DNA of 64,000 nucleotides from an uncultured Phycisphaerales bacterium (GCA_963758525.1 CAVWVQ010000002.1:96001-160000); one strand, 5' to 3'; positions 9,685 through 20,742 are shown, counted from the first letter of the stretch. The notes: generated by a model from the letters alone, not told the origin. Translations and numbers: made by a program.

Positions 9685-11094
9685 ATGGAAACCTACGACT
9701 ATGACCTGCTGGTGATCGGCTCCGGACCCGCCGGGCAGCGGGCGGCGATCCAGGCCGCCAAGCTGCACAAGCGGGTCGCCATCATCGAGCGCAAGGCCGC
9801 CATCGGCGGCGTCAGCGTCAACTCGGGGACCATCCCGTCCAAGACCCTCCGCGAGGCGGTCCTGCATCTGTCCGGATATCGCGAACGCGGCGTCTACGGC
9901 GCGTCATATACCGTCAAACAGCACATCACCATGGGCGACTTGCTGTTCCGCTCCGCCCATGTCATTCGTCACGAAATAGACGTCACCCGCCATCAGCTCA
10001 CCCGCAACGGTGTGGAGGTCATTGGAGCCGAGGCAATGTTCGCCGGGCCGCACACACTGAATCTCCAGCTCCTCGGCGGCACGCACGGGCAGGAGAGCGT
10101 CACGGCGCAGGCGATCATCCTCGCCACCGGCACCACCGCCACGCGCGACGAGCACATCCCCTTCGACGGCCAGCGCATTTTCGTCAGCGACGACATCCTC
10201 ACGCTCGAGCAGTTGCCGCGCACGATGACGGTGGTCGGCGCCGGCGTGATCGGCTGCGAATACGCCAGCATGTTTGCCACGCTCGGCGTGCGCGTCACGC
10301 TCATCGACAAGCGCAAACGGCTGCTTCCGTTCGTGGACGGGGAGATCGTCGAGTCGCTCGCCTATCACCTGCGCGAAAACCGCGTGACGCTGCGGCTTGG
10401 CGAGGAAGTCAGCGGCATCGAGCCAATTGAAGACGCGCTGGGCAAGCACGTGCGCATCCAACTCGCCAGCGGCAAGCAGATCATCACCGAAACCGCGATG
10501 CATTCGATCGGGCGAACCGGCGCCACCGGGTCGCTGAATCTCGCCGCCGCCGGGCTCACCGCCGACGATCGCGGCCGGCTCAAGGTCAACGAGCACTATC
10601 AAACCCAAGTCCCCCACATCTATGCAGTCGGCGACCTGATCGGCTTCCCGAGCCTCGCCTCCACGTCGATGGAGCAGGGCCGCCTCGCCGCATCCCACGC
10701 CTTTGGGATGCCCAGCAAGAGCGTCCCCGAGCTCTTCCCCTACGGGATCTACACCATCCCCGAAATCTCCATGGTCGGCATGACCGAGGAAGAACTCACC
10801 GAGCAAGGCGTCCCCTACGAAGTCGGCAAAGCCCAATATCGCGAGATCGCCCGCGGCCAAATCATCGGCGACAGCACCGGACTGCTCAAGCTCGTCTTCC
10901 ATCGCGAGCTGCGCGAGCTCCTCGGCGTTCACATCATCGGCGAGCAAGCCGCCGAACTCGTTCACATCGGCCAAGCCGTCCTCGCCTTCGGCGGCACACT
11001 CGATTACTTCATCGACACCGTCTTCAACTACCCCACGCTCGCCGAGTGCTACAAGACTGCGGCGTTCGACGGGATCAATCGTCTGGGCGGGTAA
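9685..11094 (+). CDS. sthA: Si-specific NAD(P)+ transhydrogenase (soluble)
   Basis: GSGPAG FAD motif, GGVSVNSGTIPSKTLRE (no redox Cys pair), GAGVIGCEYAS, PYGIYTIPEIS, FNYPTLAECYK. Confidence 0.9.
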   Translation: METYDYDLLVIGSGPAGQRAAIQAAKLHKRVAIIERKAAIGGVSVNSGTIPSKTLREAVLHLSGYRERGVYGASYTVKQHITMGDLLFRSAHVIRHEIDVTRHQLTRNGVEVIGAEAMFAGPHTLNLQLLGGTHGQESVTAQAIILATGTTATRDEHIPFDGQRIFVSDDILTLEQLPRTMTVVGAGVIGCEYASMFATLGVRVTLIDKRKRLLPFVDGEIVESLAYHLRENRVTLRLGEEVSGIEPIEDALGKHVRIQLASGKQIITETAMHSIGRTGATGSLNLAAAGLTADDRGRLKVNEHYQTQVPHIYAVGDLIGFPSLASTSMEQGRLAASHAFGMPSKSVPELFPYGIYTIPEISMVGMTEEELTEQGVPYEVGKAQYREIARGQIIGDSTGLLKLVFHRELRELLGVHIIGEQAAELVHIGQAVLAFGGTLDYFIDTVFNYPTLAECYKTAAFDGINRLGG

Positions 11095-11173
11095 TGCCAC
11101 TATGTCAGCCGTATTCACGCAATCTGACCGACTCACGCGTTTGCTCCTCGACCGAAAACAGTCGTCCGCGTGG

Positions 11174-11188
11174 TGGCGCACACTTTGC
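11174..11188 (+). promoter_or_regulatory. Possible sigma54 -24/-12 promoter
   Basis: TGGCGCACACTTTGC matches TGGCAC-N5-TTGC (GG-N10-GC), 75 bp upstream of the transglutaminase ATG. Confidence 0.45.
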
Positions 11189-11262
11189 GGGCGGCAACGC
11201 CCATGCGTTGAGAAAGCAGTGTGCCTCCCGCATGTTTCTGTTAGCTGGCGGAGTATTGAACG

Positions 11263-12196
11263 ATGGACATTCGAATTGGCTATGACATTTCTTTTCAGAC
11301 GACGGTGAACCTTCCGATGAATCTGGTGCTGTATACGCACCCGTCGCGCGAAATGGACTTGCTTTACCCTGATCTCATCCATGTCAAGCCGGAGTATGGC
11401 CCGGAGTTGCCGGTGCAGATCGCGCGGGATCCGTTTGGCAACAAGATCGGTCGCATTGTCTCCCCCGGCGGACGCCTTCGCATCAGCTCGGACAACGTCG
11501 TTCGCGACAGCGGGCTGCCGGATCCGGTTCCAGGCGACCAGTGGGAAAGATATCAAGCGCCGCCGGATCAGTTGCCGCCGGACGTGCTGCAATATCTGAT
11601 GCCCAGCCGCTATTGCGAGGTGGAGTTGATCCAGGATCGGGCCTGGCAATTGTTCGGTAACATCCGGCCCGGTTGGCAGCGAGCCAAGGCGGTCGTGGAT
11701 TGGGTGCACAACTATGTGACCTTCGGTTACCAGTACGCTCGAAATACAAAGACTGCGATGGATGTCTGGAACGAGCGCTGTGGTGTCTGCCGCGATTTTC
11801 AGCATCTGTGCATCAGCCTGCACCGCGCTGAACCTGCCCGCCCGCTATGTGACGGGGTATTTGGGAGACATTGGCGTGCCGCTCAATCCCGCTCCGATGG
11901 ACTTCTCGGCCTGGCACGAGGTGTATCTCGGCGGCCGCTGGTGGGCGCTTGATGGCCGGCACAACGAGCCGCGTATCGGCCGGATCCTCATGGCTACGGG
12001 GCGCGACGCAGTGGATGTTGCGCTCACCACGCAGTTCGGTCCGGGCTGGCTGCAGAGTTTCAACGTGATCACCGAGGAAATTCGCAACCCTGGGCCCGAA
12101 TTCCAGAACGCGGGATGGGGTTACTCCAACCGATCGATCGTGCAGACCTGCCAGAACTACGATTTTGGTGCGCAGACTTTGGCCGCGAGCGCCTAG
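11263..12196 (+). CDS. Transglutaminase-like protein (frameshift near 11825)
   Basis: YLMPSRYCE, GVCRDFQHL catalytic Cys, ARYVTGYLGDIGVP, MDFSAW, GRDAVDV. Confidence 0.88.
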
Positions 12197-13258
12197 AAAC
12201 CACTGAGCAATCCCATTTCGTCGTCGATCCGCCGGACCAGCCCCCAGTCGTCCTTATAGTTGGTGGGCACAAACTTGGTATGCGAGCCACTATTGAGCAG
12301 CTTCTCCAGCGAAGTGCCCTTCCAGTCAAAGCTAAGCAATGCCTCCCGCACCTTCTGCGCCAACTCCGGCTTGAGGTTGTAGGCATACCCAAGCCCCGCG
12401 GTGGGAAAACCTTCGCTCTGGAAAATCATTCGCAACTGTGAGGGGGCAATCGTTCCGGCAGCAATTTGCCGGCCGAGCATGTCATCGGCAACCGCGGCGG
12501 CCTCGTAACGATGAGCAACCACGCCGGCGATCGACGCCTCGTGGGAATGCGAATAGCGAAGACGGATATCGGAAATCGGTTGGATGCCGAACTTCTCTTT
12601 GAGCAACAGCAAAGGAGCCTTATAGCCACTGTTCGACGCTGGATTTGTCAGCGTCAATTCGTGGCCTTTCAGGTCTTCGGGCTTCTGCAATGGACTGTCG
12701 GCCGGCACGATGATGTCCGTGTGAGTGAGTGCTCCTCCATCTGCGGTGGGCAGTGCGCAGCACGGGCACAAAACCCGTGAGATTCACTGCCGGAGGGACC
12801 GCACCGGTATTGAAGCCGGCAACCTGCAGCTTGCCATCGTGCATGGCCTCCAGTTCATCCTGCGTCGAGGTGACCAATAGATACTCAACCGGCTTGCCCG
12901 TGGCCTTGGACAGGTAATCGCTGAAGGGCTGCCACTGCGCTTTGTTATCTTCGGCGTCATCTGTTGCCACGAAGCAGAACACCAGCGTCGGCGGGTCGAT
13001 CCAGTGAACCGGGTCGGTCGGCGCGTCGGCCACCAGATCGCGATCTTCGTCCTTAAACGCGGGACTCAGCTTATGCACGGAGTTGCTGAACCCCGTGAAA
13101 GCCAGGTAATCGGCGGCAGCGCCTTCGCTGACTTCGCTGGGGAAGAGCTTGATCCAAAGAACCAGTCCGATCACCGCGGCGGCCAGGCCCGCGATGATGA
13201 ACAACAAGACCGGATGCGTCGCCTTCGGCTTCGGAAGGTCCTTCTCACTCGTCGTCAT
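12193..13258 (-). CDS. Phosphate/phosphite/phosphonate ABC substrate-binding protein, PhnD family (frameshift near 12765)
   Basis: N-terminal TM anchor; YLSKATGKPV, FNTGAVP, SNSGYKAP, SHEASIAGV motifs across ORFs 12620..13258 and 12193..12771. Confidence 0.8.
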
Positions 13259-13452
13259 ACGCGTGCCCTTATTTTGTCAAGCTGAACCTAAGAAACGCAA
13301 TGATACCAAGCCGCGAAGACTGGAACACGAAAATTATCATCGTTGCACCCAGCTCTTAACTGAATCCGAATTGATTCTGGCTACCGGCTTCCCGCATCTT
13401 CCGCACTGCCGGTATACTTCACGAAACCAACGCGCCCGAGTCAGGGTGCGAT

Positions 13453-14238
13453 ATGAGTAAAATGGAAGCACTCGCTCCGATCAATGGAGTGTTGGTGGAT
13501 CTGGCCGGAGTCGTCTATCAAGGGGAATCGCTGCTTTCAGGGGCGACGGCCGCGCTGTCGCGGCTAAAGCAACGGATCCCCAAGCTTCGCTATCTTACGA
13601 ATACTACGCGGTCCACGCGGCGGACGCTGGTTGATCGCCTGCGCCGACTGGGGCTGTCGATCCAGGAGACGGAGGTGTTCAGTGCGCCGCAGGCGGCCGT
13701 CCAACTGCTCAAGCAGCGCGACCTGCGGCCCCTGCTGCTCGTGCATCCAGACCTGTTGCCGGAATTTGACGCCTTTTCCAAGACAAATCCGAACGCGGTC
13801 GTGATCGGCGACGCCGGGGCGGCGTTGACGTATGAAAGCCTGAACCAGGCGTTTCGCCTGCTGATGGACGGCGCCCCGCTGATCTCGATGGGGCGCAACC
13901 GCTATTTTCGCGAAGCAAGCGGGCTGTCGCTGGATGCCGGCCCTTTCGCGACCGCCCTTGAGTACGCGGCGGGTATTCGCGCCGAGGTGGTGGGCAAGCC
14001 GGATCCGGAGTTCTTCCATCTCGCGCTGAGCGACGCAGGCTGTCCGCCCGGCGAAGCCGTCATGATCGGCGACGATGTTCATGACGACGTTTGCGGCGCT
14101 GTCAACGCCGGCCTGCGTGGCATCCTCGTCCGAACCGGCAAGTACCGCGCCGGAGACGAGAAGCAACTCACCGAGCCATCCGCCATCGTTGTCGACGATC
14201 TCGCCGCGGCGGTCGAGCATATTCTCTCGGGCGAGTAA
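13453..14238 (+). CDS. HAD-superfamily subfamily IIA hydrolase (LHPP-like)
   Basis: DLAGVV, TNTT, LDAGPF..ALEYA, GKP, MIGDDVHDDV, LVRTGKYR. Confidence 0.88.
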   Translation: MSKMEALAPINGVLVDLAGVVYQGESLLSGATAALSRLKQRIPKLRYLTNTTRSTRRTLVDRLRRLGLSIQETEVFSAPQAAVQLLKQRDLRPLLLVHPDLLPEFDAFSKTNPNAVVIGDAGAALTYESLNQAFRLLMDGAPLISMGRNRYFREASGLSLDAGPFATALEYAAGIRAEVVGKPDPEFFHLALSDAGCPPGEAVMIGDDVHDDVCGAVNAGLRGILVRTGKYRAGDEKQLTEPSAIVVDDLAAAVEHILSGE

Positions 14239-14369
14239 TCCGCACGGCTCAACGACCGTTATGAAACTTTATGAAATGCCTTTGAAGGGCGTGGGCGAAT
14301 TTCCGGCCAATTAGGAGCAAACGCGCGCTTGCGTAGTTGCAATTGCACGCTGGAAGCCCGCGCCACAAA

Positions 14370-14578
14370 GTGCGTGCCTCGCGCCTTTGCGCGGCCCTGC
14401 TGGCCGACTGGACCGAAGCGTTGTTCGTGCGGTCGATCCTGTGTTGCTTGGGCCGTTCGTACCAGCTCGTCTCGAAGTCGATCTGCATGACGGTCGCGCG
14501 TTCGTGACGCTCGTCGCTTTTACGCAAGGGCGGCTTCGCCCGCGGATCGGCGGACGATGCACCGAGTGGATCAGTTGA
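14370..14578 (+). pseudogene. Truncated DUF2071/YqjF-like fragment
   Basis: Reads LLADWTEALFV / VDPVLLGPFVPARLEVDLHDGRAFVTLVAF, then stops at the end of the convergent OsmC gene. Confidence 0.55.
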
Positions 14579-14993
14579 CAGGTTGCCCGGCGAAGTGAAA
14601 CGTTACCGGCATCTGCACGTCCGGATGCATGCTCTTATGCACGGGACACGTCATGGCCGCGTTGCGCAGCTTTTCCTGTTGCTCGCTGGTCAGCACGGCG
14701 GGGATATGAAATTCCACCGCGAGCTGGCCGATCCTCCGCGGGCCGGTGGTCACCATTTCCTTCTGCACCTTCACGGTTGAGCCGCGCAGATCGACGCCGA
14801 TGCGCTGTGCATAAATCCCCATGGTGGTCAGCATGCACGTTCCCAGGGCGGTCGCGATAAGGTCAGTCGGGGAGAATGCCTCTCCCTTGCCCATGTTGTC
14901 CTTCGGCGCATCAGTTTGCAGCGTCGCGCCGGAGGGTCCATGCGTCGCCGCACACCGCAATGAACCCTCGTATACCGCGCTAATTTCAACCAT
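14571..14993 (-). CDS. OsmC family protein
   Basis: TDAPKDNMGKGEAFSPTDL, LGTCMLT and TCPVHKS Cys pair. Confidence 0.9.
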   Translation of the reverse strand: MVEISAVYEGSLRCAATHGPSGATLQTDAPKDNMGKGEAFSPTDLIATALGTCMLTTMGIYAQRIGVDLRGSTVKVQKEMVTTGPRRIGQLAVEFHIPAVLTSEQQEKLRNAAMTCPVHKSMHPDVQMPVTFHFAGQPVN

Positions 14994-15102
14994 GGCAGTC
15001 CCTTGAAAATGAGATATCGCTCACCGGCATTCGTACCACGAAATGACACGATCGCAAAGCGCGCAGATGCGCGCGGCGATTGCTCGCGAATGCTGATACG
15101 AT

Positions 15103-16034
15103 ATGGGAATTCGGGAGTTTCCGTCGATGCCCTGGAGCCTTATGCCATACTTATTCTGCGGCGCTGTTCTGACGATCGCCGTGCTGTTCCTCCGCGTCGA
15201 TCGCGTGAATGCGGCCGACGCCTCGGCCACGCGGCCGACGACGGAACCGGCAACGGAACCCACAACAGGACCGCAACTGAATCTGGCGTGGCCCGGCGAG
15301 AAGATCGACCAGTGGCACGGATTCAAGCGGCACAGGATCACTGTCGATGGTTGTTCCGCATGGGTTGTTGAGCCGACGACGCCGCTGCCCGGCAATCCGT
15401 GGTCATGGTGCATGGAGTTTCCAGATGCGTTCACCGATCGGTGTGCCGCTCCGCAATTGCTGGCGAAGGGATTCTTTCACGCATACATCTCTGTCGGCAA
15501 CACGTTCGGCAGCCCACCGGCGCAGAAACACCTGCAGGCATTCTACGCGGAGGTGACTTCACGCGGACTGGCGCAAAGCCCGCGCTGATCGGCATCAGCC
15601 GCGGCGGTCTGTATGCCTACCATTTTGCGGCGGAGAACCCGACGCATGTCTCAGTCATTTACGGGGACGCCCCCGTCTGCGACTTCAAGAGCTGGCCGGC
15701 GGGCAACGGCAAGGGCCAAGGCAGCAAAGCCGACTGGCAAAGCCTCATGAAACTGTACGGCTTCAAAAACGAAGCCGAGGCGCTTGCCTACATGGGGAAT
15801 CCGATCGACACGCTCCCTCCGCTGGCCGCGGCGGGAATCGCGATCATTCATGTGGTCGGAGATGCCGACAATGTCGTGCCCGTCGAAGAGAATACCGCGA
15901 TCGTCGAAGAGCAGTACCGCTTGCTGGGCGGCACAATGCAGGTGATTCACAAGCCAGGCGTGGGCCATCATCCGCACGGGCTCGACGACGACACGCCGGT
16001 GGTGGATTTTATCGTTAAACATGCCGCCAAGTAG
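15103..16034 (+). CDS. Secreted alpha/beta hydrolase (frameshift near 15575)
   Basis: GISRGG nucleophile elbow, YGDAPVCDFKSWP, GDADNVVP, GHHPHG. Confidence 0.8.
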
Positions 16035-16068
16035 TCGCCCAGGATGCCCCAGGACGCGTCTTACGCAC

Positions 16069-16097
16069 TCAAGTTCGACGATCCCGACGTCCGATAA
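16069..16097 (+). promoter_or_regulatory. Sigma28-like promoter
   Basis: TCAAG-N16-TCCGATAA, 28 bp upstream of the acetyltransferase ATG; same geometry as motifs at 55559 and 56331. Confidence 0.55.
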
Positions 16098-16124
16098 TGC
16101 AGGCAGCGGTCCTTGGGAGCACTC

Positions 16125-16793
16125 ATGCAGGTGGTCATCATTGGCGCGGGCGGTCACGGGCGAGTTGCGCTGGATATCCTCCAGGCCGCCGGGACGTATG
16201 AACCGGTCGGATTCCTCGACGCGGATCAATCGCTCACCGGCGAAACTGTTGGCAATCTGCCGGTGCTGGGCTCCGTCAACATGCTGCCCAAGCTCCGGCA
16301 ACAGCGGATCAAGTTTGGATTCGTTGCCATCGGGGACAATCGTGTTCGCCGGGAATATGCCGCTTTGCTTCGCGAGCATGGACTGACGCTGATTAATGCG
16401 GTGCATCCCAGCGCCTGCATTTCCGCATCCGTCACGACCGGGCAAAATGTGATGGTGGCTGGGGGCGCGGTCGTCTGCGCCGAATGCCGCCTGGCGGATT
16501 CAGTCATCATTAACAGCGGCGCGGTCGTCGATCACGAATGTGAAATCGAGGAATCCGCCCACATCTGCACGGGCGCGCATCTGGCCGGCCGGGTTCGGGT
16601 GGGGCGCGGCGCATTTGTGGGGATTGGAGCCAACATTATTCAATGCCTCTCGATCGGAGAGGAAGCGATCATCGGCGCAGGGGCGGTGGTCATTCGGGAT
16701 GTTCCGTCATATGCGACTGCGGTAGGGGTTCCCGCGTCGATTATCAAGACCGGCATGCCGCTGCAGCCTGAGGCAGTTATTGTCAACCGCTGA
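16125..16793 (+). CDS. Sugar acetyltransferase, PglD/NeuD family
   Basis: IIGAGGHG, GFLD, AIGDNRVR, VDHEC and hexapeptide repeats, GVPA. Confidence 0.9.
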   Translation: MQVVIIGAGGHGRVALDILQAAGTYEPVGFLDADQSLTGETVGNLPVLGSVNMLPKLRQQRIKFGFVAIGDNRVRREYAALLREHGLTLINAVHPSACISASVTTGQNVMVAGGAVVCAECRLADSVIINSGAVVDHECEIEESAHICTGAHLAGRVRVGRGAFVGIGANIIQCLSIGEEAIIGAGAVVIRDVPSYATAVGVPASIIKTGMPLQPEAVIVNR

Positions 16794-16820
16794 CGGGCGC
16801 TAGACTTGCCAGAACCTGGG

Positions 16821-16848
16821 TTGCCGCATCGTCTTTCTGCGATATAAT
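16821..16848 (+). promoter_or_regulatory. Sigma70-like promoter of small ORF
   Basis: TTGCCG-N16-TATAAT followed by GGAGGAGAGG RBS. Confidence 0.55.
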
Positions 16849-16878
16849 AATTGCGGAAGGTGCGGAGGAGAGGACCTG

Positions 16879-17061
16879 ATGAGCGCGGTGTATAACCCTG
16901 AATCGGATCTGATGGCGGAAATCGAGCGGCTTGAATTGGAAGCCCGCGAGATTTTACGCAGCATCGAACATGCGCACAACGCAGCCGACAAGCGCGTTCT
17001 GAATCGCCAGCTCAAGGAACTCTACGACGCAATTGTATACCTGCAGGCGCGGCTTCCATAA
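16879..17061 (+). CDS. Small helical/coiled-coil hypothetical protein (60 aa)
   Basis: Strong RBS, upstream promoter, downstream terminator, heptad-like EIERLELEAREILRSI and VLNRQLKEL. Confidence 0.7.
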   Translation: MSAVYNPESDLMAEIERLELEAREILRSIEHAHNAADKRVLNRQLKELYDAIVYLQARLP

Positions 17062-17102
17062 CCGCCGGTGAAATCCCAGCCTAAGACGGACCCGAAAGGG
17101 TC

Positions 17103-17245
17103 GGGTGTAACTTTTATTTGTGGCGATTGCAGATTTTGCGATCGTAGGGCGGGATTCATCCCGCCGTTTTCTCAGCCGGCCAACAAATCGGCGGGATGAA
17201 TCCCGCCCTACTCGGAGCCGATCGCCACTTTCGAGCGCCACACCC
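17103..17245. mobile_element. 143-bp MITE containing a REP doublet, copy 2
   Basis: Identical to 6025..6167; 8-bp direct repeat AAAGGGTC at 17095-17102 and 17246-17253. Confidence 0.9.
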
Positions 17246-17311
17246 AAAGGGTCTTTTTTTTCGACCTGCCTTTGGACTGCCGCCCCAACGCGGGTATCGT
17301 CACGGCGCTGC

Positions 17312-18495
17312 ATGATCATTCCGGTTCTCAGCCTCGCGGGCATCAGTTTCGTAATCGCGTGGATCGGCACATTCCTGATGAAGCGCGTCGCTCCGCGCAT
17401 CGGGTTTGTCGATCGGCCCGGCGGACGCAAGATTCATCCAAACCCCAAGCCGCTCGGCGGCGGTGTCGCGATCTTTCTCGGCTTCGCGCTTCCAGTGGCC
17501 GCCGGACTCCTCGTCGTCGCACTGCATCGAACTGCCCCACCATCTCATGACCCCGACGCTGGGCGCATTGCCGCCTACTGGGCTGGCGCAGAGAACGCGC
17601 ACCGATGATGCTCGGCGTGATCGTCGCTGCGTTGCTCATGCACCTGCTTGGACTTTGGGACGATCGCAAGGCACTGGGGCCGTACGTCAAGCTGTGCATT
17701 CAGTTGGGCGTCATCGCTGGCGTGGTGACATTCCTGAACGTGCGGGCCCTCACGTTTCTCGATGCCTTGGGCCTGGGCCGTTTTCCCTCGATCGCGCTGA
17801 CGGTGCTCTGGATTGCTGCAATCACCAACGCATTCAACTTTCTCGACAACATGGACGGTCTCTCTGCCGGCGTCGCGGCGGTGTGCACTGCCGCGTTTCT
17901 CTTCGCGAGCATTTCCATCGAGCAATGGTTCGTCGCGGCCGGCCTCTCGCTGCTGCTTGGATCGCTGCTTGGGTTCCTGTGTTTCAACTTCGCGCCGGCC
18001 AGCATTTTCATGGGAGACAGCGGGAGCCTGGTCATCGGTCTATTGCTGGGCGTCCTCACGGTGCGCAGCACATATCTCCCCCCGGGGGAGAATTTCGGAG
18101 CCGGCTGGTATGCGGTCTTCGCGCCGCTGATCGTGCTTGCGGTGCCGCTGTACGATCTGATCGTCGTCAGCACCCTGCGGCTTCTGCGCGGCAAGAGCCC
18201 GTTTGTCGGAGACACGAATCATTTCAGCCACCGCCTGGTGGCGCGCGGCATGTCGCGCCGGACGGCGGTGCTTTGCCTGTACCTCATTACCGCAGCGACG
18301 GCCATCGCCGCGATTATTTTGCCCCACCTGCAGTCTGCGCTGCTGGCCAAACTCATCTTCCTTCAGACGTGGCTCATCCTGGCGGTGGTTGCGCTGCTCG
18401 AGCAACATCCGCTCCCGCAAGCGCCAAAGGCCCCTGGGGCGGATGCGATGGCAACCGCCGCGGAACGCGCGCCCGATCTGGTCTCGACACGATAA
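17312..18495 (+). CDS. MraY/WecA-family undecaprenyl-phosphate sugar-phosphate transferase (frameshift near 17600)
   Basis: DRPGGRKIH..PLGGG, GLWDDR, NAFNFLDNMDGL, IFMGDSGS, GDTNHFSHRL. Confidence 0.9.
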
Positions 18496-20742
18496 ATGCC
18501 CAAACGCCAACCAGCTCCGCGGCATGCAACCGGCTGGCGATGGCTCACGCGCGCCGCCTTCGCGCTGACGCTGGCGCTGGTGGTCGCAAGGCTGCTGTCG
18601 ACCGAAGTCCTGCGCAATCCTGGGCAGCCCGTCCCCGGCGAGCAAGCGGCGCCGCTGGGCCCGGGGGCGGCAACGGGACTCGTGCTCGATCTGCTTGGGA
18701 TGATGCCGGCGCTGCTGGTGCTGGCCCGCGCGGCGATCGATCCCACGTGCCGCCTGCGATGGTCCTGGGCCGCCGCCGCGATGCTCGCGCTCGGATTGTG
18801 GGCCGTCGCCAGCACCCTCTGGTCCGCCGACCGCTTCGCGGCAATCGTCTCATCGATGCACTGGCTGGGGGCGATGGTTCTTCTCTGGTCCACGATCCAT
18901 CTGGTCGATTCCTGGCTGCGGGTGCGGATCGTCGGCGGCGTCTGTCTGGGGCTGCTCATCGCGCTGGTGGTCACCGGATACTACTTCCGGCTGGTCGAGT
19001 GGCGCGATCTGCGCACCGCGTGGGAGACCAACCGCACGGATATCCTGAGGGAACACAGTTGGGCAGCCGACAGCTTCGACGCCCGCCAGTTCGAGAAACG
19101 CATTCTCAGCGGCGAGGTGATGGGATTCAGTGCCTCCCCAAACACATATGCCGCACTCCTTGTGCTGCTTTGCACCATCTCCGCAGGGATCGCGCTGACA
19201 AGTATCGAGGCGGGTGACGCGCCCGGCTGGATCGTGCCGCCGATCGTGGCTGTCTGCTGCGCGGGTCCCGCCCTGTTCTGGGCTCAGTCGCGCGGCGCGG
19301 CGGGCACCGCGGTCGTCGCGGCAATTCTGCTTGCCGTCTGCGGAAAGTTCCGGTCACTGCTTCGCGAACGCGCCAGAAGGTCTATTGGCTGACTCTGGGC
19401 GGCGCGCTCCTTCTTGCCTTGGCGATTGTCGCACACGGCCTCTATCACGGCACGCTCTTTCACGACAGCCTGACCTTCCGGTGGCGCTGACTGGCTCGGC
19501 GCTGCCCGGCTCATCGCCGCCCACCCGCTGCTGGGCGTCGGGTGGGAAAATTTCGGTCCCCGCTATCTCGCGTACCGCCTTCCGATCGCCAGCGAAGAGA
19601 TCCGTGATCCGCACAACTTCATCGTTCGCATCGTCGCGGAAACCGGAATCATCGGAGGCCTTCTCCTCGCGTTCGGCTTGCTCCGCCTGGCGTGGGAGGG
19701 AACGCAACTCCCGGCCCGCGCCGCGCCGACCGAAGCGGCCGAGACGCAGTGGCGGCCCCGAGCGGAGCGGCAACTTGCAACTCTCCGCATCCTCCTGATC
19801 GCGACGCTCGCGATCGCCCTCAATTTCGCAATCGCGGTCGATCTCACTTCAACGCCCTCGTACGTTCTCATCGAAGGCATGCGTCGAGCCCTCTTCTGGC
19901 TGCTGTTGATCGTCGGCATCTCTGCAGCATCCCTTCGCGTGCCAGCGAGCACGCAACGCCGTCTGCGCGACGACGAGCTCGAGTACTTCTCTGATGCACG
20001 GCCCGCCCCATGGCTGCTGTGTTCCATTCTCATTGGGCTGGCAATGTTCCTCGTCCACAATCTCATCGACTTCGCGCTGTTCGAGCCCGGCCCGATGTTT
20101 CTCTTCGCGCTCCTTGCCGGCACGGTTCTGGGCGCGCGGCAGCCGCCGCGGGGCGCGGTCGCCAGCGGCCGCGCGGTGGCGGTCTCGATCGGCATGGTGG
20201 CGTTCGCGGCGTGGATCGCGGCGGCGGCGTTGATCGTCGCGCCGATCGCGACCGCCGAATCCCTGGTCCACGACGCAGACGACGCAATCCGCAACAATCA
20301 GCCCGCGCTCGCCGCCAAAAAACTCGAGGACGCCTTCGATCGCGTGCCGTGGAACGCGGATTACGCCTTCCGCGCCGCGATTCTGCGGGCTGACGAGCAC
20401 GACCCACAGGCCGCGATAAACTTAATCTCGGCAGCCATCAACGCCGATCCGGTGATGGCCGATGCATTTGTCTGGAAATCTCAGCTCGCGCTTGCACTGC
20501 CGCATCCGGACATTTCCGCGGCGCTGGCCGACATGGCAAGAGCCGTCGCGATCGATCCGCACAGCGTCGATCTTCACCGGCGATACGCGGAAATGCTTGC
20601 TCGCCTCGGGCGCCCGATCGAAGCCGCGCAGCAATACAAGCTGGCGCTGGACGCGAACGCCGGCCTCGATCCCCACGATGCCAAGCGATTGTCGGCTTCC
20701 GACGTCGATGCCCTGCGCCATCTCGCATCCGAAAATCCGTGA
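18496..20742 (+). CDS. O-antigen ligase-like membrane protein with C-terminal TPRs (frameshifts near 19380 and 19488)
   Basis: SPNTYA, QSRG, FRWR/W..HPLLGVGWENF, DPHN, HNLIDF motifs; TPR-like tail in ORF 19678..20742. Confidence 0.8.

Noticed and set aside
9904..11823. Long antisense ORFs (639 aa here; also 29050..30633, 32160..33479, 39733..41736, 50402..51526)
   Set aside because: They shadow well-supported genes on the opposite strand, a common artefact at high GC, and show no motifs
19488..19490. In-frame TGA as selenocysteine or readthrough in the ligase gene
   Set aside because: The downstream motif (W..HPLLGVG) resumes in another frame, so it is a 1-bp insertion (CGC TAC TGG read as CGC TGA CTG G)
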